From NCBI GenBank assembly GCA_905236715.1, contig CAJOMQ010000004.1, positions 82,900-146,899 of the forward strand: a stretch of 64,000 nt of DNA, written 5' to 3'. Each line of letters begins with the position of its first letter. The stretch's first letter is position 1. The translations under genes and the position numbers were made by a program. The notes beneath the pieces were generated by a model that saw only the letters and a list, made by a program, of their open reading frames with translations, was not told where the DNA came from and made no database searches. Of the stretch, positions 17,667 through 27,623 are shown piece after piece. Origin of the DNA: an uncultured Bacilli bacterium (GTDB lineage Bacteria > Bacillota_I > Bacilli_A > RFN20 > CAG-826).

Positions 17667-20312
17667 ATGGCTGAAAAAAGATATGTTTACCCCTTTGAAG
17701 AAGCTTACGGCTTAGGCAAAGAACTTCTCGGTGGTAAAGGTGCTGGCTTAGCGGAAATGACCCATATTGGTGTCCCAGTTCCCGAAGGTTTTACAATCAC
17801 AACTGAAGCTTGCACACTCTATTATGACAGTGGCAAAAAAATCCCCGAATTCGTGCAAAAACAAATTTTTGACGCCGTTGCTGGTATCGAAAAAGCAACT
17901 GGAAAAACATTCGGTGGAGATCATAATCCACTATTAGTATCAGTTCGTTCCGGCGCTCGTGTGAGTATGCCTGGTATGATGGATACAATCTTAAATTTAG
18001 GTTTAAATGAAACCACTTGTGCTGCTTTAGCAAGAGAAACAAACAATGAAAGATTCGCGATGGACTCTTATCGTCGATTCATTCTTATGTTCACAAACAT
18101 CGCCAAAGGTCATCCAAGAACCGATATGGATAAGATGTTAGAAGATTTGAAAGAATCTCGTGGTTATAAATTAGATACAGAAGTCACCACCGAAGAACTC
18201 AAAGAATTAGTTAAGAAATACAAAGAATATTACAAAAAAGTCTTTGGTGAAGAATTCCCAACTGATCCAAAAGTGCAATTATTAGAAGCCGTTGCCGCGG
18301 TGTTCCGTTCTTGGGACAATCCACGTGCTAACGTCTATCGTATGCAATACTCCATTCCTTATTCTTGGGGTACCGCTGTTAACGTGCAATCTATGGCGTT
18401 CGGTAATAAAGGTGAAACTTCTGGTACCGGTGTGGCTTTCTCAAGAAACGCTGCGACTGGTGAAAAAGCTATTTCCGCTGAATATTTACCAAATGCTCAA
18501 GGTGAAGACGTCGTCGCTGGTATTCGTACTCCCTTACACATCGATGAATTAAAGAGAAGAATGCCAGAAGTTTACGATCAATTTGTCGAAACCATTAAGA
18601 AAATGGAATTACATTATCGCGATATGCAAGATATGGAATTCACCGTTGAAGAAGGAAAACTCTACTTCTTACAAACAAGAAGTGGTAAGAGAACTCCTGC
18701 GGCGGCCTTAAAGATGGCGTGTGACATGGTTGATGAAGGCTTAATCACTAAAGAAGAAGCCGTTTTAAGAATTGACCCTGTTTCCTTTGATAAATTATTA
18801 TTACCCAACTTCGATAAAGATGATTTAGCCGCTGCGCAAGATCGCTTAATCGCTAAAGGTAATCCCGCTGGCCCAGGTGCTGGCACTGGTAAATTAGCCT
18901 TTACCGCTGAAGATGCTGAAAGAAGACATCAAAATGGTGAAAAAGTCATCTTAGCCCGTGCGGAAACATCCCCAGAAGATTTAATCGGTATGATTGCTTC
19001 TGAAGGTATTCTCACCATGCGTGGTGGTATGACTTCTCACGCTGCGGTTGTGGCTCGTGGTATGGGTAAATGCTGCATCACTGGTTGTGCTGCTGCTTTA
19101 ATCAATGAAGAAGCCAAGACCTTAACCATCAATGGTAAAGTCTATGGTGAAGGTGATGTCATCTCCTTAGATGGTTCCACTGGTAATGTCTATGTTGGTG
19201 ACATTAAGAAAGTGGCACCAGATCTCTCTTCTGGTAACTTCGGTCGTTTAATGGCGTGGGTTGATGAAGCTCGTGACTTAAAAGTACGCGCTAACGCTGA
19301 TACTCCAAGAGATGCTCACCAAGCTAAATTATTCGGTGCGCAAGGTATCGGATTATGCCGTACTGAACACATGTTCTTCGATAAAGATAAAATCTTCCAC
19401 TTCCGTAAGATGATCTTAGCGGAAACCAAAGAAGAAAGAGTGGCCGCTTTAGCGGAAATCGAACCTTTACAACAAAAAGACTTCGAAGGTTTATTTGAAG
19501 AAATGGGCGAACTCAATGTTAACGTTCGTTTATTAGACCCACCACTACACGAATTCTTACCACAAGAAGAAGATAAGATTGAAGAATTAGCCGAAGCCAC
19601 TGGTCACAGTGTCGAATTCATTAAAAAGAGAATTGCGGATTTACACGAATTCAACCCAATGATGGGTCACCGTGGATGCCGTTTGGATGTCTCTTATCCT
19701 GAAATTGGTGAAATGCAAACACGCGCTATTATTAAAGCCGCGATTGCTGTCAACAAGAAATTGGGTATCAACATCGAACCAGAAATCATGATCCCATTAA
19801 CTCTTGAATTAAAAGAATTAAAATATGTCAAAGCCATCGTCACTAGAACTGCTGATGAAGTCATCAAAGAAGCTGGCGTTAACATGAAATACCATGTTGG
19901 TACCATGATTGAAATTCCTCGCGCTGCTTTATTGAGTGATGAATTAGCAGAAGATGCTGAATTCTTCTCCTTCGGCACTAACGACTTAACCCAATTAACA
20001 TTTGGTTTCAGCCGTGATGATGCTAGCAAATTCTTACCAGATTATTATTCCAACAAGATCTTAGAAGAAGATCCATTCAAGACTCTTGATCAACATGGTG
20101 TTGGTAAATTAATCAAATACTCCGTGGAAAACGGTAGAAAAACCAGACCTAATTTACACATCGGTGTCTGTGGTGAAACCGGTGGCGAACCTAATTCCAT
20201 CCAATTCTATCACGATGCGGGATTAGATTATGTCTCTTGTTCTCCATTCCGTGTTCCTGTCGCTCGTTTAGCTGCTGCACAAGCTGCTATTAGAAGCCCA
20301 AGAAAGAAATAA
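17667..20312 (+). CDS. ppdK: pyruvate, phosphate dikinase
   Basis: MAEKRYVYPFEE..., the phosphohistidine loop RGGMTSHAAVVARGMGK, and the C-terminal PEP-utilising TIM barrel (GLCRTEHMF, NDLTQ). I prefer ATG 17667 with SD taggagg over 17595. Confidence 0.95.
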   Translation: MAEKRYVYPFEEAYGLGKELLGGKGAGLAEMTHIGVPVPEGFTITTEACTLYYDSGKKIPEFVQKQIFDAVAGIEKATGKTFGGDHNPLLVSVRSGARVSMPGMMDTILNLGLNETTCAALARETNNERFAMDSYRRFILMFTNIAKGHPRTDMDKMLEDLKESRGYKLDTEVTTEELKELVKKYKEYYKKVFGEEFPTDPKVQLLEAVAAVFRSWDNPRANVYRMQYSIPYSWGTAVNVQSMAFGNKGETSGTGVAFSRNAATGEKAISAEYLPNAQGEDVVAGIRTPLHIDELKRRMPEVYDQFVETIKKMELHYRDMQDMEFTVEEGKLYFLQTRSGKRTPAAALKMACDMVDEGLITKEEAVLRIDPVSFDKLLLPNFDKDDLAAAQDRLIAKGNPAGPGAGTGKLAFTAEDAERRHQNGEKVILARAETSPEDLIGMIASEGILTMRGGMTSHAAVVARGMGKCCITGCAAALINEEAKTLTINGKVYGEGDVISLDGSTGNVYVGDIKKVAPDLSSGNFGRLMAWVDEARDLKVRANADTPRDAHQAKLFGAQGIGLCRTEHMFFDKDKIFHFRKMILAETKEERVAALAEIEPLQQKDFEGLFEEMGELNVNVRLLDPPLHEFLPQEEDKIEELAEATGHSVEFIKKRIADLHEFNPMMGHRGCRLDVSYPEIGEMQTRAIIKAAIAVNKKLGINIEPEIMIPLTLELKELKYVKAIVTRTADEVIKEAGVNMKYHVGTMIEIPRAALLSDELAEDAEFFSFGTNDLTQLTFGFSRDDASKFLPDYYSNKILEEDPFKTLDQHGVGKLIKYSVENGRKTRPNLHIGVCGETGGEPNSIQFYHDAGLDYVSCSPFRVPVARLAAAQAAIRSPRKK

Positions 20313-20335
20313 TTTTCTAAACAAATTATTGATGA

Positions 20336-20371
20336 GGCTGTTAGAAATATCTAACGGCCTTTTCTTTTTTT
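20336..20371 (+). terminator. rho-independent terminator after ppdK
   Basis: Stem ggctgttag(20336-20344)/ctaacggcc(20351-20359) with one G-U pair, followed by ttttcttttttt. Confidence 0.8.
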
Positions 20372-20389
20372 GTTTTACAATAGTAGGGT

Positions 20390-22048
20390 ATGGAATTAGC
20401 AAATAGTATTATCGCTTTATTAATTGGTGCCGCGGTATTTATCGTCGGTATGAACCTCATGTCTTCCGGATTAAAAAAATCAACTGGAAAAGGCATTAAA
20501 AAATTATTCAAAAAAACACAAAATAATCCTCTAGCGGGGATGGGTATTGGTGCCGCCGCTACCGCATTAATACAATCAAGCGCCGCTACAAGTGTTATGG
20601 CGATTGGTTTTATTGCCACGGGAGCGATGACTGTCTATCAAGGTGTCACCGTTATTTTAGGTGCTTATATTGGCACCACTGTTACAGGATTATTAGCATC
20701 ATTATCATCTTTTAATTTCTCTAATTATTTAGTCCTATTAGCGGTATTAGGCGTGGTCATGATGTTTTTCAAAAAAGAAAAAATCAAAAACATCGGGGAA
20801 ATATTTACTGGTTTAGGATTATTGTTCTTTGGTTTAGTCACGATGAGTGGGGCGATTAAAGGAACTGCTGATTCTCATGAATTATTAGATGGATTAGGAA
20901 ATATTTTTACAGCGGTTAATTTCCCATTATTACTTTTATTAATTGGGGCCATTTTTACCGCCTTAGTGCAATCTTCTAGCGCGACTTCAGGTATTGTCAT
21001 TGTTTTAGTTGGAAGTGGCGCGATTACCTTAGAAAGTGGCTTTTATTTAGTATTGGGCGCCACCATAGGAACTGTCATTACCACGATGCTAGCCTCAATT
21101 GGTGGAAATATTAATGTCAAAAGAACCGCTTGGATGTGCTTATTTATTCGTATATTAACCGCTTTAATTGCGATGGCTATTGTCTGGCCATTAGAACATT
21201 ATATTGCGCAAGGTCTTACCACTGCTTTTAGTAATACCGAATTAGCGCTAGCAATGTTCTTAGTTATTTATAATGTTGTCTTCATGTTTGCGGTCCTTCC
21301 TTTAATCAAACCAATCGAAAAATTATTTACCAAACTCGTGAAAGATAAAGATGAAGAAAAGAAACAAAAGAGTCTTAAATACATTGGTAATAGATTATTA
21401 TTAGCGACACCTTCCGCGGCGATTATCGCGGTGAAAAATGAAATCATCGATATGTTTAATTTGGCTAAAGAAAATTTTGATAGAGGTTATCAAGAAATGG
21501 TCTATCAGGATAAATCAGAAGAAAAACTTTTAGTGGAAATAGAAGATGTTATCGATTATAAAAACAACGCAATAACGCAATATTTAATTCAATTAACTAA
21601 TAAAGTTGATAACGAAGATAAAACTTTAATTGGTATCTATTTCCACGTGATTAACGATATTGAAAGAATTGGTGACCATGCCTATAACTTCTATGAAAAT
21701 TCTTTAAAGATGGAAGAAAACGAGCTCCAATATAGTGACACCGCAAAGGGAGAATTTGAACAAATGTATGAAGTCATCAAACAGATGATGGAAATTGCCA
21801 TGACCTCTTTAGAAAACGGGGCTTCATATGAAACCGATGAATTAGAAATGTATGAAGATAAAATGGATAAATTAAAAGCGGCGTTTTCCACCGCTCATTA
21901 TAATCGTATCGTCACTAATACCTGTCACGTTGAATTATCACCATTTTATTCCACTTTTGTCAGCGAATTAGAACGTGTCGCTGATCACTTAATGAATATT
22001 GGCTATTCCTTCATTAACCCAACAGGTGATGAAATAATCAATAATTAA
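20390..22048 (+). CDS. Na/Pi cotransporter family protein with PhoU-like C-terminal domain
   Basis: The N-terminal half is polytopic with QSSSATS-type repeats (IQSSAATSV, VQSSSATSG). The C-terminal half has two PhoU-like ER(I/V)(G/A)DH motifs. Confidence 0.85.
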   Translation: MELANSIIALLIGAAVFIVGMNLMSSGLKKSTGKGIKKLFKKTQNNPLAGMGIGAAATALIQSSAATSVMAIGFIATGAMTVYQGVTVILGAYIGTTVTGLLASLSSFNFSNYLVLLAVLGVVMMFFKKEKIKNIGEIFTGLGLLFFGLVTMSGAIKGTADSHELLDGLGNIFTAVNFPLLLLLIGAIFTALVQSSSATSGIVIVLVGSGAITLESGFYLVLGATIGTVITTMLASIGGNINVKRTAWMCLFIRILTALIAMAIVWPLEHYIAQGLTTAFSNTELALAMFLVIYNVVFMFAVLPLIKPIEKLFTKLVKDKDEEKKQKSLKYIGNRLLLATPSAAIIAVKNEIIDMFNLAKENFDRGYQEMVYQDKSEEKLLVEIEDVIDYKNNAITQYLIQLTNKVDNEDKTLIGIYFHVINDIERIGDHAYNFYENSLKMEENELQYSDTAKGEFEQMYEVIKQMMEIAMTSLENGASYETDELEMYEDKMDKLKAAFSTAHYNRIVTNTCHVELSPFYSTFVSELERVADHLMNIGYSFINPTGDEIINN

Positions 22049-22524
22049 ATTCTATCTCTCCAACGAATTTCCCAAATCTCGTCGAAGAGATTTTTTATTT
22101 CTTCGGTTGGCTGTTCAAATTTATGAATTAATTCATCCATCACTAAATCCGGAACCGAAACATTAGAAGGTCTTAAAGAATTATAATGTTTACTTCTTTC
22201 TGGATTAGTGGGGAATAAAACGAGAACATATTTATCAAATTCGGGATTTTCTTCCACATATTTTCTTCTTAAAACATTTAAATCGTTAAGAGCGTCAAGA
22301 ATGACTGTGCAATCATTAATCGCTCCATATTCATGGATTCTTTCGGAAAAGATTTTCCACACCTCTTGTTGACGAGTATGGTCTCTATAATCGCCATTAG
22401 TGACTTCCATTCTAATGGCATCACTGCTGACAATATAAACATTCTTGTGGGCGGCTTGATATTGAGCAGCCCAAGTTGACTTCCCACTGGCAGGAATTGC
22501 CGAAAGAACGATTAATGTTTTCAT
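22045..22524 (-). CDS. small P-loop kinase-like ATP-binding protein (AAA_33 / polynucleotide-kinase-like)
   Basis: MKTLIVLSAIPASGKSTWA is a Walker A motif. I prefer ATG 22524 with SD ggaggt over 22575. Confidence 0.6.
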   Translation of the reverse strand: MKTLIVLSAIPASGKSTWAAQYQAAHKNVYIVSSDAIRMEVTNGDYRDHTRQQEVWKIFSERIHEYGAINDCTVILDALNDLNVLRRKYVEENPEFDKYVLVLFPTNPERSKHYNSLRPSNVSVPDLVMDELIHKFEQPTEEIKNLFDEIWEIRWRDRI

Positions 22525-22617
22525 GTTATGACCTCCAATTCGGTTATCACGAAATATATGTATTTTTTTGTTCACTATGATGCTTCAATAAAACATCACT
22601 TATTCATTTTATGATAA

Positions 22618-23778
22618 TTAAGATAATCTTTCCACCACTGGTCCATTTTTATTTACATGGACTTCTTTGACGTTGTTTTCACCATAATAATCATTCATTT
22701 GTTCGATGAATTTCTGTAAATATTTGTCAGGGACAACGCATATGATGGATCCCGCGAATCCACCACCATTAATTTTACAAGCACCATTGTCTTCCATAAT
22801 TTTCATCGCACGATCGCAAGCTTGTAAAGGCGAGCCTTCATATTTATCTTCCACCATCATGTTTTTCAATAATTCAGTAGAAGATTTACGAGATTCATTA
22901 ATAAGTTTTAAAAACATTTCTTTATCTTTATTTAATAACGCTCTTTTCATGATTGAGACACGTTCATTTTCATCATAGAAATGTTTCGCGCGGTTATATT
23001 CCATTTTGGTTAAAGACGAGCACACACTAATTTCTTGTAAACTTCCTTCTCTTAAAAATTCATGGCCAACCTTATGCGCAGCGGACCACATATTTTCTGG
23101 AATAGAAGAATATAAATCATTTAATTCAGCGTGACTACCACCGGTATTGACAATAATGAAGTGTAAATCATTAAATGGAAAATCAATTGTTTCCACTTGC
23201 GGATTATTAATATTAGCAAAATCAATATAAGATATATCGCCAAAACCAGTACCGATTTGGTCTAATAAACCGGATTTCTTACCAAAATAATTGTTCTCGG
23301 CATATTGACCAGATTTCGCTAAGAAAATTTTATTAATTCTGCCTTCATTAAATAAAACATTGAAGATTTGCGCGATTAAAGATTCGAATGCCGCAGAACT
23401 AGAAACCCCCGCACCTGGGAAAATAGAACTATCAGTGTATAAGGAAAATCCTCCCACCGCATAGCCATGATCAAGAAAATATTTCGCGACACCTTTGACT
23501 AATCCTTTGGAACTAGCAAAATCATCAGGTAATACCTCTAAATCATCTAAATCAACAAGGCAAGGAGAATAACCAACCGACATCACTTCCACGGTGTTGT
23601 TATTACGGGCTTTTAAATAGCCATAAATTTGTAAATCACATGTCGCTGCGCAACATAAACCATGATTGTGGTCAGTGTGATTTCCTAATATTTCAAAACG
23701 CCCACCACAACGCACTTGGTATTCCGGTGATTGATTAAAATAATTTTCAAAATCTTTTTCCGTGATAATCGTGTTCAT
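22618..23778 (-). CDS. GHMP-family sugar kinase (galactokinase-like)
   Basis: GRFEILGNHTDHNHG is a galactokinase signature variant, and PGAGVSSSAAFESL is the GHMP ATP motif. Confidence 0.75.
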   Translation of the reverse strand: MNTIITEKDFENYFNQSPEYQVRCGGRFEILGNHTDHNHGLCCAATCDLQIYGYLKARNNNTVEVMSVGYSPCLVDLDDLEVLPDDFASSKGLVKGVAKYFLDHGYAVGGFSLYTDSSIFPGAGVSSSAAFESLIAQIFNVLFNEGRINKIFLAKSGQYAENNYFGKKSGLLDQIGTGFGDISYIDFANINNPQVETIDFPFNDLHFIIVNTGGSHAELNDLYSSIPENMWSAAHKVGHEFLREGSLQEISVCSSLTKMEYNRAKHFYDENERVSIMKRALLNKDKEMFLKLINESRKSSTELLKNMMVEDKYEGSPLQACDRAMKIMEDNGACKINGGGFAGSIICVVPDKYLQKFIEQMNDYYGENNVKEVHVNKNGPVVERLS

Positions 23779-24596
23779 AAAATCTTATCCATTGCATCAT
23801 TTATTTCGGTATATAAATCATCGACAAAACTTAAAGCAAATTTCTTTATTGGTAATTCGGGGTCTTTTAATAATTTGTTCATATTAATCGCATAACTCAC
23901 TAATTTGGCACTATCGACAGAATGAGATTGTGCATATGTAGCATTATTATATCTTCTCCCTAAAGTCGCATTAGTGTAAGATTTACCACCCGCAATTTGA
24001 CTTTCAAAAACATTAAGAATCTTCTTTTGTAGTCTCACGTTAGATGAGACATCAAAGCAAACTTTTTTATTATCCGCTACCCAATCTAAAACTTCACAAC
24101 CATAAACAACTTTTGGTTGTTCTTCTTTTGACAACATTCTTAACGCTCTAATGACTTTGGTGACAACACCTAAATGGGTTGGATGTTTATCTAAAATACT
24201 ATGGGTATATAAAACCTTAGGTTTGAATTCTTTTAAAAGAGCAACATAATCTTCCACAATTTGTTCGTTTTCCGGGTCTTTGATTTCTTTGGAAGAATAA
24301 TTAAGAAGATACAAAGAATTATAGCGGCCAATTTCCGCAGCTTTTTCTTGTTCTTTAATACGAACTTCTTTCATCATTTCATCGCTATAATTAGCAAATT
24401 TACCAGTGCGTGCTGATCCACCTCCATCAGCGGTCACCACACAAGCAAAAGAATATTTGCGGCTACGATATCCCTTCATGACACCATCAATAGCCATAAT
24501 TTCATTGTCATCTTGATGAGCACAAATAGTGAGATATTTCACTTTTCCTGTTTTGCGGTTTTTAGGTAAATAAACAATTGGATGATGAAGTTCCAT
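23775..24596 (-). CDS. PIG-L/LmbE-family N-acetyl-sugar deacetylase
   Basis: ICAHQDDNEIM corresponds to the AHPDDE Zn motif, with HPTH downstream. It overlaps the downstream kinase start by 4 nt. Confidence 0.7.
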   Translation of the reverse strand: MELHHPIVYLPKNRKTGKVKYLTICAHQDDNEIMAIDGVMKGYRSRKYSFACVVTADGGGSARTGKFANYSDEMMKEVRIKEQEKAAEIGRYNSLYLLNYSSKEIKDPENEQIVEDYVALLKEFKPKVLYTHSILDKHPTHLGVVTKVIRALRMLSKEEQPKVVYGCEVLDWVADNKKVCFDVSSNVRLQKKILNVFESQIAGGKSYTNATLGRRYNNATYAQSHSVDSAKLVSYAINMNKLLKDPELPIKKFALSFVDDLYTEINDAMDKIL

Positions 24597-24654
24597 AGGT
24601 TACCCTCTAAGTAATTATTTTAGCAAAGATATTTTGAATAATACAAAATATATA

Positions 24655-24700
24655 ACAAAAAAATGCCGACATTGATTTATTTATGAAAATCTTGTCAGCA
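24655..24700 (-). terminator. rho-independent terminator after the NahK-like gene
   Basis: Arms tgccgaca(24664-24671)/tgtcagca(24693-24700) with an inner gattt/aaatc extension. On the minus strand it is followed by ttttttt (forward A-run 24657-24663). Confidence 0.6.
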
Positions 24701-24723
24701 ATAGTATTAAAGAAAAGTGTTTT

Positions 24724-25785
24724 TTATCGTTTTGTTATCTCTTTTGTAATCTTTTTTAAATCATCAATATACCGCAAGATATCGTGAGCTTGATGGATTT
24801 GTGTTCTGGCACGAATGAGATTATGCTCTGGATAAGCGGTATGGAAATAAACATCGCCTTTTAAATAATCTTCTAAAAAGCGCATGCCACATTCCGCTGA
24901 TAAGACAAGGGGAGAATAAGGTAATAATTCAATTTCTTTTTCGGTTAAAGAAGATTTCATCTTAGACCAATAACCTTCAAGATAATTTCGATAAGTGTCT
25001 AAATCAACACGGCATAAAGTGGGGTCGATGTTATCTTCGTTATCACCTGTAAATAAACTTCTTAAAGCATCACCAAAGTCATATAGGAAACTGCCTGGCA
25101 TAATCGTATCTAAATCAATCACGCATTTCACTTCTTCGCTTTCTTCATCAAATAAGACATTATTAATTTTGGGATCGTTATGAGTAATGCTTAAATGAAT
25201 TTCACCCTTGGCCAAAGCATCGGTAATTAAAGAGAAATATTCTTGTACTTCTTGAATATCTTTAATTTCTTTTTGGCAATCTTTTAAGCGATTTTTGCTA
25301 TCGTTTTTAATCGCTAAAAGCAAATCATTATATCTTTTTGGTGTGTCATGGAAATGAGGAATCGATTCTTTTAAAAGATGACCATCCAAATCGACGAAAT
25401 TATGATGTAAATCACCAAAAGCTTCCGCAACTTTTTTTAATAATGTTGGTGAAGATATTTTTTCATGCCATATCGTCTTATCAATAAAACGATAAGCGCG
25501 ATAATATGATTGCCCATCAAAATAATAATATTTGCCATTATCACTTAGTAAAAACTTAATGGTGAAAATACCTTTATTCAAAAGGTGCTTGGTGGCCACC
25601 ATAATGTTATTCATTAATAAATCAACATCCTTAAAAGCGTTGGTGTTAATTTTCTGCAAAATATATTTCCGTTCCGTGGTGGTCACTAAAAAAGTTTTAT
25701 TAATATGACCATTACCATATGGCTCCACGGTTAATAATTCGCCTTTGCCATAAAAATGCTTAATGATTTCTAATACATCATCCAT
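24724..25785 (-). CDS. N-acetylhexosamine 1-kinase-like (APH-fold sugar kinase, NahK-like)
   Basis: These blocks match my recollection of Bifidobacterium NahK: VEPYGNGHINKTFLVTT, HFHDTPKRY, THNDPKINNVLFD, VIDLDTIMPGSFLYDFGD, ECGMRFLEDYLKGDVYF and YPEHNLIRARTQI. I prefer ATG 25785 over the GTG at 25791. Confidence 0.75.
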   Translation of the reverse strand: MDDVLEIIKHFYGKGELLTVEPYGNGHINKTFLVTTTERKYILQKINTNAFKDVDLLMNNIMVATKHLLNKGIFTIKFLLSDNGKYYYFDGQSYYRAYRFIDKTIWHEKISSPTLLKKVAEAFGDLHHNFVDLDGHLLKESIPHFHDTPKRYNDLLLAIKNDSKNRLKDCQKEIKDIQEVQEYFSLITDALAKGEIHLSITHNDPKINNVLFDEESEEVKCVIDLDTIMPGSFLYDFGDALRSLFTGDNEDNIDPTLCRVDLDTYRNYLEGYWSKMKSSLTEKEIELLPYSPLVLSAECGMRFLEDYLKGDVYFHTAYPEHNLIRARTQIHQAHDILRYIDDLKKITKEITKR

Positions 25786-25924
25786 AAACACAATCTAACT
25801 TAATAACACTCTATGAATTAATGAAACAAATTACTAATATTTCAAAGGATTGCCAACAGAGTTCTCAAATATAATAACAAATTTCTAAAAATTGTTATAA
25901 TATTTTATCGGAGAAAAAAACTAT

Positions 25925-27595
25925 ATGGACGTCAAAGTATTAAAAGAATATCAAAGATGGTTGCATAACCCATCATTAAACCAACAAGAAAAACAAGAAC
26001 TAGAAAATATCAAAAACGATGAATCCGCAATCAATGATGCTTTTTATCGTAATCTAGCTTTTGGAACAGCTGGTTTAAGAGGTGTTCTTGGAATGGGCAC
26101 TAATAGAATGAATTTTTATACTATTAAAAAAACCACCCAAGGGTTAGCTAATTTCTTAAATAAAAAATATCAAAAAGCATCTGTGGCTATTGCCTATGAT
26201 TCTCGTTTATTTTCTACCGAATTTGCAGAAATTGCCGCAAAAGTGCTTTCTTCTAATGGTATTAAAGCTTATATATACAATGTATTAAAACCAACACCCG
26301 TTTTGTCATATACAGTCCGGTATTTACACTGCCAAGCTGGCATTATGATTACCGCCAGTCATAATCCATCAATTTATAATGGATATAAAGTATATGGAGA
26401 TGATGGCTGTCAAATAAGTGGCGATTTTGCCGATGCTGTTTCTCGTGAAATCGATGCTTTAGATATTTTTGAAGATATTAAATATGATGATGATTCTTTA
26501 GTGGAATCAGTCAAAGAAGAAGTCTATCAAGCCTTCTTACAAAGCACGATGAAAAAATCTTTATTAGATAAGAGTGTTTCTCGTGATATCAAAATTGCTT
26601 ATACACCTTTAAACGGCACTGGACGTTATCCTGTGCAAGACATTTTAAAACTCGACGGCTTTAATTTTGTTAAAGTGGTTAAAGAACAAGAAGAACCAGA
26701 TGGCTATTTCACAACGTGTAAATATCCTAATCCAGAAATTAGAGAAACATTAAATTTGGGTGTGAAATTATTGAATGATATCGATGGTGATATCTTAATT
26801 GCCACTGATCCCGATTGTGATAGAGTGGCCCTTGTTTCCAAAGATAAAGATGGTCTCCACTACTACACCGGAAATGAAACCGGCATGTTAATTTTTGATT
26901 ATGTTTATCACACATTAAAAACAAGAAAATTATTACCAGAACATCCCGTATTAGTGAAAACCATTGTTTCCACCGATTTAATGAATGTCATCTGTGACAA
27001 ATTAGGCGTTGAATGCGTCGATGTTTTAACGGGTTTTAAATACATCGGCGAAGTCATCGCTAATTTAGAAAAACAAGGCCGAGAAAACGATTATCTCTTA
27101 GGCTTTGAAGAAAGTTGCGGTTACCTCACCAATACAGAAGTAAGAGATAAAGACGCGGTTAATGCTTCAATGCTCATCGCCGAGATGGTGGCTTTTAATA
27201 AAGCTAATGGCAAAACCGTTTATCAACGTGCCCAAGAAATTTATGACGAATATGGACATTATCAAACATTGACTGATTCATTTGAATTCCCTGGACAAAC
27301 CGGCAAAGAAAAAATGGATAATTTAATGAAATATTTCCGTGAAAACGATGTCCAATTCCCTCTTACTGGATTAAAACAAAAAAACGATTACCTCTTATCA
27401 ATTGCTAAAAATGAAGAGGGAGAAAAAGAAATTAAATTACCAAAATCTAATGTTTTGAAATATCTCTTTAAAAATGGCACCACAATGACGATTAGACCTA
27501 GTGGCACAGAACCAAAAATTAAGATTTATTATTGTAGTCAAAATAGCCAAGATATTGTGCAATTAAGAGAATTTATAAAAGAATTTATAAAATAA
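25925..27595 (+). CDS. phosphoglucomutase / phosphomannomutase family protein
   Basis: TASHNPS is the phosphoserine loop, ATDPDCDR is the Mg site, and GFEESCGY and RPSGTEPKIK are also present. Confidence 0.9.
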   Translation: MDVKVLKEYQRWLHNPSLNQQEKQELENIKNDESAINDAFYRNLAFGTAGLRGVLGMGTNRMNFYTIKKTTQGLANFLNKKYQKASVAIAYDSRLFSTEFAEIAAKVLSSNGIKAYIYNVLKPTPVLSYTVRYLHCQAGIMITASHNPSIYNGYKVYGDDGCQISGDFADAVSREIDALDIFEDIKYDDDSLVESVKEEVYQAFLQSTMKKSLLDKSVSRDIKIAYTPLNGTGRYPVQDILKLDGFNFVKVVKEQEEPDGYFTTCKYPNPEIRETLNLGVKLLNDIDGDILIATDPDCDRVALVSKDKDGLHYYTGNETGMLIFDYVYHTLKTRKLLPEHPVLVKTIVSTDLMNVICDKLGVECVDVLTGFKYIGEVIANLEKQGRENDYLLGFEESCGYLTNTEVRDKDAVNASMLIAEMVAFNKANGKTVYQRAQEIYDEYGHYQTLTDSFEFPGQTGKEKMDNLMKYFRENDVQFPLTGLKQKNDYLLSIAKNEEGEKEIKLPKSNVLKYLFKNGTTMTIRPSGTEPKIKIYYCSQNSQDIVQLREFIKEFIK

Positions 27596-27623
27596 AAAGA
27601 TGACTTGATGCCATCTTTATTTC
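27596..27623. terminator. bidirectional hairpin between convergent pgm-like and DUF1846 genes
   Basis: Stem aaagatg(27596-27602)/catcttt(27612-27618) with A/T-rich flanks on both sides. It overlaps the DUF1846 stop codon. Confidence 0.5.

Noticed and set aside
22045-22048. Convergent genes with overlapping or abutting stop codons and no terminator: the Na/Pi transporter versus the P-loop kinase here, and rhaA versus the rluD-like gene at 8022-8027.
   Set aside because: The overlaps are real in the sequence but are a common consequence of genome compaction. No hairpin or other signal suggests a specific antisense regulatory mechanism.
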